A stretch of DNA of 64,000 nt, from the NCBI GenBank assembly GCA_009784985.1, contig WQXF01000001.1, positions 1,540 to 65,539 of the forward strand. Direction: 5' to 3'. Made by a program: the position numbers and the translations under genes. Below are positions 1-7,926 of this stretch, in pieces; the first letter of the stretch is position 1; every line of letters begins with the position of its first letter. This stretch comes from Clostridia bacterium (GTDB taxonomy: Bacteria > Bacillota > Clostridia > Christensenellales > Aristaeellaceae). The notes beneath the pieces were generated by a model. That model was not told the origin of the DNA and ran no database searches. It worked only from the letters and a program-made list of their open reading frames with translations.

Positions 1-1230
1 GTATCGCGCATCGTATCCAATCCATTTTCGGACAGCTCGGTGGAGAATATTTACGTGTCGCCCGGCAATCCGGCGTACGCGGATGTTGACGGCGTTCTGT
101 TTGACAAGCAACAGCAAATGTTGGTTTCCTATCCTACCACCCGGGAAGGCGCGTACACGGTTCCCGAGGGCATACGATCCATCGGCGAGGAGGCATTTTT
201 GAGATGCCGGGGTTTGACCGGCGTAACCCTCCCCGAAAGCCTGACAAGCATCGGCTACAGAGCGTTCGCGAGTTGCGGCCGCCTACCCAGCGTGACCATC
301 CCGGACAGCGTCACAAGCATAGGCGAAGATGCGTTTTATGACTGCGGCTTAAGCCATGTAACGATTGGGAGCGGCGTTAAGAGCATCGGCGACAGGGCGT
401 TTTCTTCTTGCGGCATGATCAGCGTAATCATCCCGGACAGCGTGACGAGCATTGGCGACGGCGCGTTTAGCCGGTGCGGCAGTTTAACCACCGCAATCAT
501 CCCCGCCGGTGTAACGAGCATCGGCTTCGACGCGTTCTATGAGTGTAACAAACTTACCTTAAACGTGGCCGATGGCAGCTTTGCCGAGCGGTACGCGAAG
601 GACAATAAAATACCTTTTGTTTATATGACCGACGAGGGAGCGCATCGAATAGACGCCAGCGGGCAGTGGCTGTATATACTGGAGGATGATGGCGCGACGA
701 TTATGAGATGCGTGGTGAATCCGGAAGGCGACCTGGTGATCCCGCGTGAGCTGGATGGTTATGGGGTGACGGGTATCGGCAATCGCGCGTTTGAGCGGTG
801 CGGCGCCTTGACCGGCGTGACCATTCCAAACAGTGTGACAAGCATCGGCGACAATGCGTTCAATTGGTGCGGGAGCCTCGCCAGCGTGACCATCCCGGAC
901 AGCGTAACGAGTATCGGCAAGGACGCCTTCTCTTTTTGCAAAGCTTTAACCAGCATTGTCATCCCGGATAGCGTAACAAGCATCGATTGGGGAGTGTTCA
1001 GTTCTGCCGGCTTAACCAGTGTGACCATCCCGGACAGCGTGACGAACATCGACGATTTCGCGTTCTCTTGGTGCCGCGGCTTGGCCAGCGCGACCATACC
1101 TGCTAGCGTGACCAGCATCGGCACAAAGGCCTTTGCCAGTTGCGATGTCTTAACCCTGAGCGTAACGGGAGGCAGTTTCGCCGAGCAATACGCGAAGGAC
1201 AATGAAATACCTTTTGTTTACACTGAGTGA
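1..1230 (+). CDS. BspA-type leucine-rich-repeat (LRR_5-like) surface protein, 5' end cut by window edge; two LRR modules in one ORF
   Basis: Frame 1 is open from nt 1, with no stop before the first ATG at 40. It has ~23-aa repeats IPDSVTSIGxxAFxxCxxLTSV. The tail motif GSFAExYAKDNxIPFVY occurs mid-protein and again at the C-terminus. The internal DASGQWLYILEDDG...LDGYGVTGIG matches the mature N-termini of the paralogues at 1257 and 39861. Confidence 0.85.
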   Translation, partial: VSRIVSNPFSDSSVENIYVSPGNPAYADVDGVLFDKQQQMLVSYPTTREGAYTVPEGIRSIGEEAFLRCRGLTGVTLPESLTSIGYRAFASCGRLPSVTIPDSVTSIGEDAFYDCGLSHVTIGSGVKSIGDRAFSSCGMISVIIPDSVTSIGDGAFSRCGSLTTAIIPAGVTSIGFDAFYECNKLTLNVADGSFAERYAKDNKIPFVYMTDEGAHRIDASGQWLYILEDDGATIMRCVVNPEGDLVIPRELDGYGVTGIGNRAFERCGALTGVTIPNSVTSIGDNAFNWCGSLASVTIPDSVTSIGKDAFSFCKALTSIVIPDSVTSIDWGVFSSAGLTSVTIPDSVTNIDDFAFSWCRGLASATIPASVTSIGTKAFASCDVLTLSVTGGSFAEQYAKDNEIPFVYTE

Positions 1231-1256
1231 TGCATTTTGCTTTGGAGGTATCGGCA

Positions 1257-3374
1257 ATGGCTCATTATAAAAAACATGCAATCGCGGTACTGGTGGCGGC
1301 AGTGATGATATGTGCTCTTTTTATAACTGTTGGAGTTGCCGGGGAGCAAACAGACGCAAGCGGGCAATGGAGATATGTACTTGAGGATGGCGGCGTAACG
1401 ATTACGGGATACGTGGTGGAGCCAGAAGGCGATCTATTGATCCCGAGTGAATTAGACGGGTATGCGGTGACGGGTATCGGTGATAGAGTGTTCATGCGGT
1501 GTCGTGGCCTAACCGGCGTACATATCCCAGAGAGCGTGACGCGCATCGAATGGAGCTCGTTTTTTCTCTGTTCTTCATTGGCGCGTATTGATGTGGCGCC
1601 AAACAATCCGGTCTTTGAGAGTATCGATGGCGTTCTATTTCACAAGCAGCAGAAAATGCTGGTCACTTATCCTGGAGCCAGAGAAGGTGCATATACGATT
1701 CCTGAAGGGGTGCTGCACATTGGCGAGACGGCATTTAGGAGTTGCAGAGGGCTAACCGATGTAACCATTCCCAACAGCGTGACGAGCATCGGCGACGATG
1801 CATTTGGTCATTGCTACAATTTAAACAATGTGACCATCCCGGACGGCGTGACGAGTATCGGCGATGGGGCGTTCTATTCATGTAGCAACTTAACCAGCAT
1901 GACCATCCCGGACAGCGTCAAGAGCATCGGCGACGGGGCGTTTTCTTGGTGTAGCGGCTTAACTAGCGTGTCCATCGGAGCCGGGGTAACGAGCATTGGG
2001 GCAAACCCATTTGCGAGATCCCCTTTGACGTACATTGCCGTTGCGCCTAATAATCCGGCGTTTGAGAGTATAGATAATGTTCTTTTTGAAAAACAACAGA
2101 ATATACTGGTTTCTTACCCTTTTGCGAGGGAAGGTGCGTATGCGGTTCCTGAGGGAGTGCTGCACATCGGCGACAGTGCATTTTTTGGCTGTAGTGGCTT
2201 AACCGCCGTGACCATCCCGGATAGTGTCACAAGCATCGGCATAAGCGCTTTCAGTAACTGCGATCAATTAGCCAGCGTAACCATCGGGGCTAACGTAACA
2301 AGCATCGGCGAGAAGGCGTTTCTTTTTTGCGAAAGCTTAACCAACGTGACCATCCCTGCGAGCGTAAGGGACATCGGCGAGGCCGCGTTCTATGGTTGCA
2401 GCGGCTTAACCGGCGTGATCATTCCGAACGGTGTAATGAGCATTGGTGAGCGTGCGTTCTCAAGGTGCAGCAGTTTGGCCAACATTTCCATCCCGGAGAG
2501 CGTAACGAGCATTGGGCCAAACCCATTTGTGGGATGCCCTTTGACGTACATTGCCGTTGCGCCTAACAATCCGGTGTTTGAGAGTATCGATGGCGTTCTA
2601 TTTAACAAACAGCAGAAAATACTGATTTCTTACCCTTACGCAGGGGAAGATACATACACGATTCCCGAGGGCGTGCTGCACATCGGCGATACAGCGTTTC
2701 TTTGGTGCGGCTTAACCAGCATAACCATTCCAGACAGCGTAATAAGCATCGGCAATTACGCATTCGCTGATTGTGAAAGCCTAACCGATATAACCATACC
2801 GAACGGCGTAACGAGCATCGGCGAATGGGCGTTCCGTGATTGTAGCAGCTTAACGAACTTAATCATCCCGGATAGCGTAACGAGCATCGGCGAGAGGGCG
2901 TTCTCTGGATGCAGCAGTTTAACCAGCGTGACCATTCCAGACAGTATGACGAACATCGGCAACGGCATGTTTAGCAGGTGCAGCAGTTTAACGAACGTGA
3001 TCATCCCAGATAGCGTAACGAGTATCGGCGATGGGGCGTTCTCTGAGTGCAGCAGCTTAACCAGCGTGATCATCCCGGATAGCGTAACGAGCATTGGTAA
3101 CTGGGCGTTCTCTGATTGTACCAGCTTAACGAACGTGATCATCCCCGATAGCGTAACGAGCATCGGCGACAGGGCGTTCTTTCATTGTGCAGGGTTAACC
3201 AGCGTGACCATTCCTGCCAGTGTGACGAGTATCGGCGACTTTGCGTTTTATATGCAAGGCGAAGAGATATTTGATGATGTACCGAATGAAAAAGTTACCT
3301 TGCGTGTAGAAAAAGGCAGCTGGGCAGAGCAATACGCGAAGGACAATAACATACCGCATATTTTTATCGAGTGA
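1257..3374 (+). CDS. BspA-type leucine-rich-repeat surface protein with N-terminal signal/anchor helix
   Basis: GGAGG lies 8 nt before the ATG at 1257. MAHYKKHAIAVLVAAVMICALFITVGVAG is a hydrophobic leader, followed by DASGQWRYVLEDGG and more than 20 LRR units (IPDSVTSIG...). The tail is WAEQYAKDNNIPHIF. The ORF-track start at 1227 lacks an RBS. Confidence 0.85.
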   Translation: MAHYKKHAIAVLVAAVMICALFITVGVAGEQTDASGQWRYVLEDGGVTITGYVVEPEGDLLIPSELDGYAVTGIGDRVFMRCRGLTGVHIPESVTRIEWSSFFLCSSLARIDVAPNNPVFESIDGVLFHKQQKMLVTYPGAREGAYTIPEGVLHIGETAFRSCRGLTDVTIPNSVTSIGDDAFGHCYNLNNVTIPDGVTSIGDGAFYSCSNLTSMTIPDSVKSIGDGAFSWCSGLTSVSIGAGVTSIGANPFARSPLTYIAVAPNNPAFESIDNVLFEKQQNILVSYPFAREGAYAVPEGVLHIGDSAFFGCSGLTAVTIPDSVTSIGISAFSNCDQLASVTIGANVTSIGEKAFLFCESLTNVTIPASVRDIGEAAFYGCSGLTGVIIPNGVMSIGERAFSRCSSLANISIPESVTSIGPNPFVGCPLTYIAVAPNNPVFESIDGVLFNKQQKILISYPYAGEDTYTIPEGVLHIGDTAFLWCGLTSITIPDSVISIGNYAFADCESLTDITIPNGVTSIGEWAFRDCSSLTNLIIPDSVTSIGERAFSGCSSLTSVTIPDSMTNIGNGMFSRCSSLTNVIIPDSVTSIGDGAFSECSSLTSVIIPDSVTSIGNWAFSDCTSLTNVIIPDSVTSIGDRAFFHCAGLTSVTIPASVTSIGDFAFYMQGEEIFDDVPNEKVTLRVEKGSWAEQYAKDNNIPHIFIE

Positions 3375-3487
3375 TGCTGCTTGCATCGCTGCTTACCCCT
3401 TGGTGGTCTGCGCAATCCCCATCCACTGCAGCTCAGAGCACAGGGCAATCGCATTTGAAAATAATTTTTTCCAATCATTGGTTTTAG

Positions 3488-3533
3488 CACATCGCCGCTA
3501 TTGAATCCCCCCGCCGCAGCGGTGGAGGGATTC
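3488..3533. repeat. Copy of GC-rich palindromic intergenic repeat (GAATCCCCCCGCCGCAGCGGTGGAGGGATTC core)
   Basis: cacatcgccgctattgaatccccccgccgcagcggtgg is nearly the reverse complement of 16666-16704 (ccaccgcagtggcggggggattcaaaagcggcgatgtgg). The core is self-complementary. Confidence 0.7.
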
Positions 3534-3629
3534 CGCAAGGCAGTTTCCATTGCATCCGGCAGGTTATTGGGTTATACTGTACGCAAAAATATGAATGAAA
3601 TATTCATAGGAAAAGGTTGTGAACCAAAC

Positions 3630-4682
3630 ATGATGAAGGTTGCAGTCATCGGGTGCGGAACCATTGCCAACGCGGCGCATATCCCCGCCTACGTTAAGAA
3701 TCCCCAAACGGAGATCGCCTACTTTTGCGATATCCTGCCCGATCGGGCCCAGGCCGCTGTGGAGAAGTACGGATGCGGCGTGGCCATCGCTGATTACCGT
3801 GAGGCGCTGCGGGATCCACAGGTAGTGGCCCTATCGGTGTGTACGCCCAACGACACCCACGCCAAGATTTCTATAGAGGCCTTGCGTGCCGGAAAACACG
3901 TATTATGCGAAAAACCGGCAGCCCGCACCTATGCCGAGGCCTTGGAGATGCAGCGCGTGCAGCACGAGACCGGCAAGGTGCTGAACATCGGCGTTGTCAA
4001 TCGTTTTAACGATAGCGTCAACAAGATTCGCGCTTACATTGCCGAGGGCCGGTTGGGGGAGGTGTACCATGTGTACGCCAGCTTCCGCGCCCATCGCTCG
4101 ATCCCTGGGTTGGGTGGGGCTTTTACTACCAAGGCTATTGCCGGGGGCGGCGCGCTGATCGACTGGGGTGTGCACTTCTTGGATGTGGTGATGTATTGCT
4201 GTGGCGACCCCACGCCTAAAACCGTGTCCGGCGAGGTGTTTTCTAAGCTGGGCAAGGATCTAAAGGCCTATGCCTACAAGGATATGTGGGCTGGCCCCCC
4301 CAATTACGATGGCGTGTACGATGTGGACGATTCGGTCACGGCTTTGGTGCGTACAACCGGCCCGGCCATCACCGTGCACGGCGCTTGGGCGCAGAATATC
4401 GGCCAGGACGAGATGTTTATCGATTTTATGGGCGACAAGGCGGGTATTCGCCTGCGTTACGGCTCGGACTTTACGCTGTACACGGCGGAGCACGGTGCGC
4501 TGGTATCCTACGTGCCGGAGTTTACCCCCGGCGACATGTTCCAGCAAGAGGTGGATGCCTTTGTAAGATGCATCGGCACCGGCGAAAAGCTGGCATCCCA
4601 CATCGACACAGTGATCCTAACCTCTTCCATCATGCAGGCGATTTATGATTCGGCGGAGCAACATCGGGAGATGTCCGTTTAG
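3630..4682 (+). CDS. Gfo/Idh/MocA family NAD(P)-dependent oxidoreductase
   Basis: MMKVAVIGCGTIANAAHIPAY is a Rossmann N-terminus and the EKP motif is present (LCEKPAA). The ATG at 3630 is preceded by aggaaaagg. The upstream part of the tracked ORF (3501-3629) runs through the repeat element. Confidence 0.8.
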   Translation: MMKVAVIGCGTIANAAHIPAYVKNPQTEIAYFCDILPDRAQAAVEKYGCGVAIADYREALRDPQVVALSVCTPNDTHAKISIEALRAGKHVLCEKPAARTYAEALEMQRVQHETGKVLNIGVVNRFNDSVNKIRAYIAEGRLGEVYHVYASFRAHRSIPGLGGAFTTKAIAGGGALIDWGVHFLDVVMYCCGDPTPKTVSGEVFSKLGKDLKAYAYKDMWAGPPNYDGVYDVDDSVTALVRTTGPAITVHGAWAQNIGQDEMFIDFMGDKAGIRLRYGSDFTLYTAEHGALVSYVPEFTPGDMFQQEVDAFVRCIGTGEKLASHIDTVILTSSIMQAIYDSAEQHREMSV

Positions 4683-7146
4683 CCCATTTTACGATCTCGT
4701 ACCATAGTACCGACGAGGCTGCCAGCACCAGCGCGATCAACAGCTGCCCTGCTGCCAGTGGCGCCAGCCTTAGAAAATCGTTGAGCGGGCTGTACAGGAT
4801 CACAAACAGGCCGACAAGGGTCACGATGTTTACCCCCCACATCACCTTGTCTTTGGCCAAACGTTTGATGGATGTAGAAACCGGGTCAATATCCGAACTG
4901 TTGACTTGCACCAAGAACAGATTGGCCAGCATAATCACGGCAAGGCCCATAGACCGGGCAGCAGCAGCGTTGCCCGGATTTTGTTGCAGCGATAGGTAGT
5001 AGGCCCCAAAGGACGCGGCAAAGATCACCAGGCCCTGCGCCACGCTTTTGATCACTGTGCTTACGGTCAGCAGTTTTTCTTTTGGGTTGCGGGGCCTTCG
5101 CTTCATGATGCCGGTTTCCGCAGGCTGCCGTTCCAGCACGATGGAGCAGGTGGGGTCTACGATCAGCTCCAGCAATACCACGTGGAGGGGTAGCAGCATC
5201 AGGCTGCCGGGGGGGATGCCTAGGGCCGGCGCAAGCAGGGACGTGAGGGCGATGGGGATGTGGATGGTAAACACATACCCTACCGCTTTGCGGATATTAT
5301 CGTAGATTCTGCGCCCGTCTTTTACCGTGTCTACGATGGTGGAGAAATTGTCGTCCATCAAAATCAGTTCGGCGGCCTCCCGGGATACCTCGCTGCCCCG
5401 TTTGCCCATGGCGATGCCGATGTCCGCGTATTTTAGGGCGGGGGCGTCGTTTACGCCGTCGCCGGTCATGGCCACCACTTCGCCATTGTCTTTCAGCGCC
5501 TGTACGATGCGCATCTTATGGGCGGGGATCACACGGGAGAAGATGCTTGCCGTTTGTACGCTCTGGCGCAGCTCATCGTCGGTCATTTGCTCCAGCATGT
5601 CGCCGGTAATGATCCCATCGTGGTTTTCCATGCCGATTTGTTTGGCGATAGAGGCGGCGGTGATGCCGTTGTCGCCGGTGATCATCACTACCCGGATTCC
5701 CGCCGATTTGCATACAGCGATGTCGTTTTTGATCGAGTCCCTGGGTGGGTCGGCCAGGCCGATCAGCCCATCGAGGGTCAGTGAACAATCCGTAATGTTT
5801 GCGGGAATATCCTGTGCATCATTTAGGTGGACGGATGCCACGGCGATCACCCGCAGCCCCTGTTCGCTCATCATGCGATTCTGGCTTTCGGCCAGGGCCC
5901 GCTCCTCATCGGTCATCTTGCAGATGGTGAGGATCCTTTCCGGGGAACCCTTGGCGGCGATGATTACCTCGCCGTCGTGAAACCACACGTGGCCCATCAT
6001 TTTTTGCTCATTCGTAAAGGCGTATTCGGTGAGCAGCTCGCCGCCAAAAAGATGGGTCTTGGGGATGCCCAGCTCCTCGCAGTGGGCCAGCATGGCTTTT
6101 TCCATGGGGTCATAAGGGTCGGTTTCGCAGGCAAGGCCCATGGTTTCGTTTAGATGCTCTTGGCTGCCGTTTGCCGCCCAGGTATCCTGCACGGTCATTT
6201 GATTGAGGGTGATGGTGCCGGTTTTGTCCACGCATAGCACAGACACCGCGCCCAAGGTTTCTACCGCAGGCAGCCTGCGCACCAGGGATTGCTTTTTGGC
6301 CAGCCGCCATGCCCCCATGGAAAGAAACACCGTGAGTATCACCGGGAACTCCTCGGGGATCATGGCCATGGCAAGGGTGATGCCCGATAGGATGCTTGCA
6401 ACCAGCCGGTCGGCCCAGGGATGGCCGGGGATGTTAAACCAGGTGACCACACCCACCAGCAGGGACAGCCCGGCGGCGATGGCCGCGCAAAACTTTACGA
6501 TGCTGCCGGTTTGTTTTTGCAGCGGGGTGCGCTCCACGGTTGCGCCCGCCACATGGGTTCCGATTTTGCCGAATTCGGTGGCCCCGCCAATCTTTTCGAC
6601 CAGCACTGCGCCGGAGCCTTGGATCACCAGGGTCCCGGCATAACAGTAGTCCTTGCGCCAGTAATCATCGGATTTCTCTGCCTTGGCAATCTTCCAAACG
6701 CCCTCGGCCTCGCCGGTAAGGGAGGATTCATCCACGCACAGGTCGCTGCATCGTATCACGACACCGTCGGCGGGGATTTTGATGCCCTCGTGGATCAACA
6801 TCAGGTCGCCGGGCACCAGATCGGCGCTGGGGATTTGCGTTTCTTCTCCGTCGCGGATTACGATGATCTGTGGGGCGGAGAGGTCTTTTAGCGCGTTCAG
6901 GGTCTTTTCGGTTTTCCAGCCCTGGATGATGTCGATGCTGATAATGCCGATAACAAACACCAGCATGATGGCCCCGTCCAAGGGTTCGCCGAGCACAAAG
7001 TAGATGATGGCCGCGGCAAGCAGCAGCAGGAACATGGGCTCGCACAAGATATGAAACGCCTTTTTAACGAAGCTTTCTTTTTTTTGCGAGGCAAGCTCAT
7101 TTTTGCCGTATTGTTGTTGCAGCGCCTTTGCTTGTTCAGTGGTCAT
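4630..7146 (-). CDS. Cation-translocating P-type ATPase (P2-like, Ca2+/Mg2+-type; no CPC heavy-metal motif)
   Basis: Motifs present: DKTGTIT phosphorylation site, TGES-like LTGEA, TGDN, GDGVNDAPALK, and PEEFPV in TM4. GGAGGG precedes the ATG at 7146 (MTTEQAKALQ...). The 52 extra N-terminal codons in the ORF track cover the leader/terminator. Confidence 0.85.
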   Translation of the reverse strand: MTTEQAKALQQQYGKNELASQKKESFVKKAFHILCEPMFLLLLAAAIIYFVLGEPLDGAIMLVFVIGIISIDIIQGWKTEKTLNALKDLSAPQIIVIRDGEETQIPSADLVPGDLMLIHEGIKIPADGVVIRCSDLCVDESSLTGEAEGVWKIAKAEKSDDYWRKDYCYAGTLVIQGSGAVLVEKIGGATEFGKIGTHVAGATVERTPLQKQTGSIVKFCAAIAAGLSLLVGVVTWFNIPGHPWADRLVASILSGITLAMAMIPEEFPVILTVFLSMGAWRLAKKQSLVRRLPAVETLGAVSVLCVDKTGTITLNQMTVQDTWAANGSQEHLNETMGLACETDPYDPMEKAMLAHCEELGIPKTHLFGGELLTEYAFTNEQKMMGHVWFHDGEVIIAAKGSPERILTICKMTDEERALAESQNRMMSEQGLRVIAVASVHLNDAQDIPANITDCSLTLDGLIGLADPPRDSIKNDIAVCKSAGIRVVMITGDNGITAASIAKQIGMENHDGIITGDMLEQMTDDELRQSVQTASIFSRVIPAHKMRIVQALKDNGEVVAMTGDGVNDAPALKYADIGIAMGKRGSEVSREAAELILMDDNFSTIVDTVKDGRRIYDNIRKAVGYVFTIHIPIALTSLLAPALGIPPGSLMLLPLHVVLLELIVDPTCSIVLERQPAETGIMKRRPRNPKEKLLTVSTVIKSVAQGLVIFAASFGAYYLSLQQNPGNAAAARSMGLAVIMLANLFLVQVNSSDIDPVSTSIKRLAKDKVMWGVNIVTLVGLFVILYSPLNDFLRLAPLAAGQLLIALVLAASSVLWYEIVKWAKRTSPDVAPPNHKSPA

Positions 7147-7321
7147 GGGGATCCCTCCGTCATAAAAAATAAAAACGCACCTATAGGACACTTTACTGTC
7201 CCACAGATGCGTATAGTACGCTTCCGTTGCCGCAATCGCGGCCCAGCCCCACAAACCCAAAGGGTTCATCGCCTGCTCAGTTCTATTGCAGCAAGGTACC
7301 ATAAGCTGAGCGGTTTGTCAA
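7147..7321 (-). promoter_or_regulatory. Promoter plus ~140-nt 5' leader of the P-type ATPase containing an intrinsic terminator (candidate attenuator/riboswitch)
   Basis: On the minus strand, TTGACA (7316-7321), a 17-nt spacer and TACCTT (7293-7298). The leader ends in the hairpin cgcaucugugggaca/ugucctauaggugcg (7176-7211, 15 bp including 3 G-U pairs), then UUUUUAUUUUUU (7164-7175), immediately before the RBS. Confidence 0.5.
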
Positions 7322-7355
7322 GCAAAATTATCATTATTAGAGAATAATATTTCAC

Positions 7356-7547
7356 TCACTCCCTGTATTTGCGCCAGAGATAAAACCCCAAGCCCGGAAT
7401 CATAGCGGCAAAGTTTAGCGCAAAGAACCAGCCGAAAAGCGACACGCCATTATCGCCGCCATGCTTGGTAAGCCTGTACGCTGTTCCATACGAAAGGCAG
7501 ACTTGTACCATTGAACAAATGTACCATAATACCAACAGGATTTCCAT
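7356..7547 (-). CDS. Small hydrophobic membrane protein (63 aa, 2 predicted TM)
   Basis: AGGAGG lies 8 nt before the ATG at 7547. MEILLVLWYICSMVQVCL... and FGWFFALNFAAMIPGLGFYLW are hydrophobic helices. No family was recognised. Confidence 0.45.
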   Translation of the reverse strand: MEILLVLWYICSMVQVCLSYGTAYRLTKHGGDNGVSLFGWFFALNFAAMIPGLGFYLWRKYRE

Positions 7548-7578
7548 TTTTGCTTGCCTCCTCAGTATAATCTCGTTT

Positions 7579-7776
7579 TCAGGGGTAAGGCCGCACAACT
7601 TCTCTCATGCACATGGGATTATCTGGGTCAAAATTAATCACCACAAAGTGTATGCATTGTTCGCATTCGTCTTCTGTTTCTGAAAGAATACCTTTTCGGG
7701 GGCAGTGCGCGGCCCATGAAAGAGGCTTGCAAAGTTTAATTTCACAGATATGCATATGCGGCATCATCGCAGGCAT
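7579..7776 (-). CDS. Small Cys/His-rich protein (65 aa), possible metal-binding
   Basis: AAGGAGG lies 8 nt before the ATG at 7776. Sequence MPAMMPHMHICEIKLCKPLSWAAHCPRKG...ECEQCIH...PMCM has 6 Cys and several His/Met. No family was recognised. Confidence 0.4.
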   Translation of the reverse strand: MPAMMPHMHICEIKLCKPLSWAAHCPRKGILSETEDECEQCIHFVVINFDPDNPMCMREVVRPYP

Positions 7777-7837
7777 TGTCATGGCCTCCTTGATTGCGGT
7801 GAGTAGCTTCATCTTACTCTATGCATGCTTTGAAGTC

Positions 7838-7874
7838 AAATAAAACTCCCCAACCGGCAAGGCCGGAAGGGGAG
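7838..7874 (-). terminator. Rho-independent terminator after the ABC substrate-binding protein gene
   Basis: Minus strand CUCCCCuuCCGGccuugCCGGuuGGGGAG followed by UUUUAUUU. Confidence 0.7.
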
Positions 7875-7926
7875 CCGTTGCTGTTGCCCAAGCGGGGCAG
7901 TAGCAGGAGGGATGAAACCAGTGCTC

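Noticed and set aside
759-1202. Long antisense ORFs full of MLVTLSGM(V/I)TL repeats opposite the LRR genes (also 336-521, 2390-2608, 2756-3163, 40111-40413, 40489-41313).
   Set aside because: They are the mirror image of the periodic IPDSVTSIG coding repeat on the other strand. They have no RBS or independent signal. The sense-strand LRR reading is clearly the real one.
4630-4682. 53-nt overlap of the convergent 3' ends of the oxidoreductase and P-type ATPase genes.
   Set aside because: Both C-termini look genuine and there is no structure or extra signal. It is noted as compact gene packing only.
7147-7300. Assignment of the ATPase leader to a known metal riboswitch class (M-box, yybP-ykoY or NiCo/czcD). 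The leader contains CUGGGC and GGGACAG, which recall NiCo.
   Set aside because: Only one ACAG element is present instead of the several conserved in the czcD motif. The GGGGAGUAG core of yybP-ykoY and the M-box length and cores are not seen by eye. It is left as unclassified pending an Infernal scan.
7147-7302. N-terminal extensions of tracked ORFs. Affected genes: the ATPase from 7302, the oxidoreductase from 3501, the SBP from 9093, pcrA from 28703, GH94 from 32477, lgt from 42362, upp from 42234, the AraC gene from 16675, nagB from 53157 and the tail fibre from 53592.
   Set aside because: In each case an internal ATG or GTG with a proper Shine-Dalgarno sequence coincides with the start of family homology. 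The upstream part runs through repeats, leaders or promoters.
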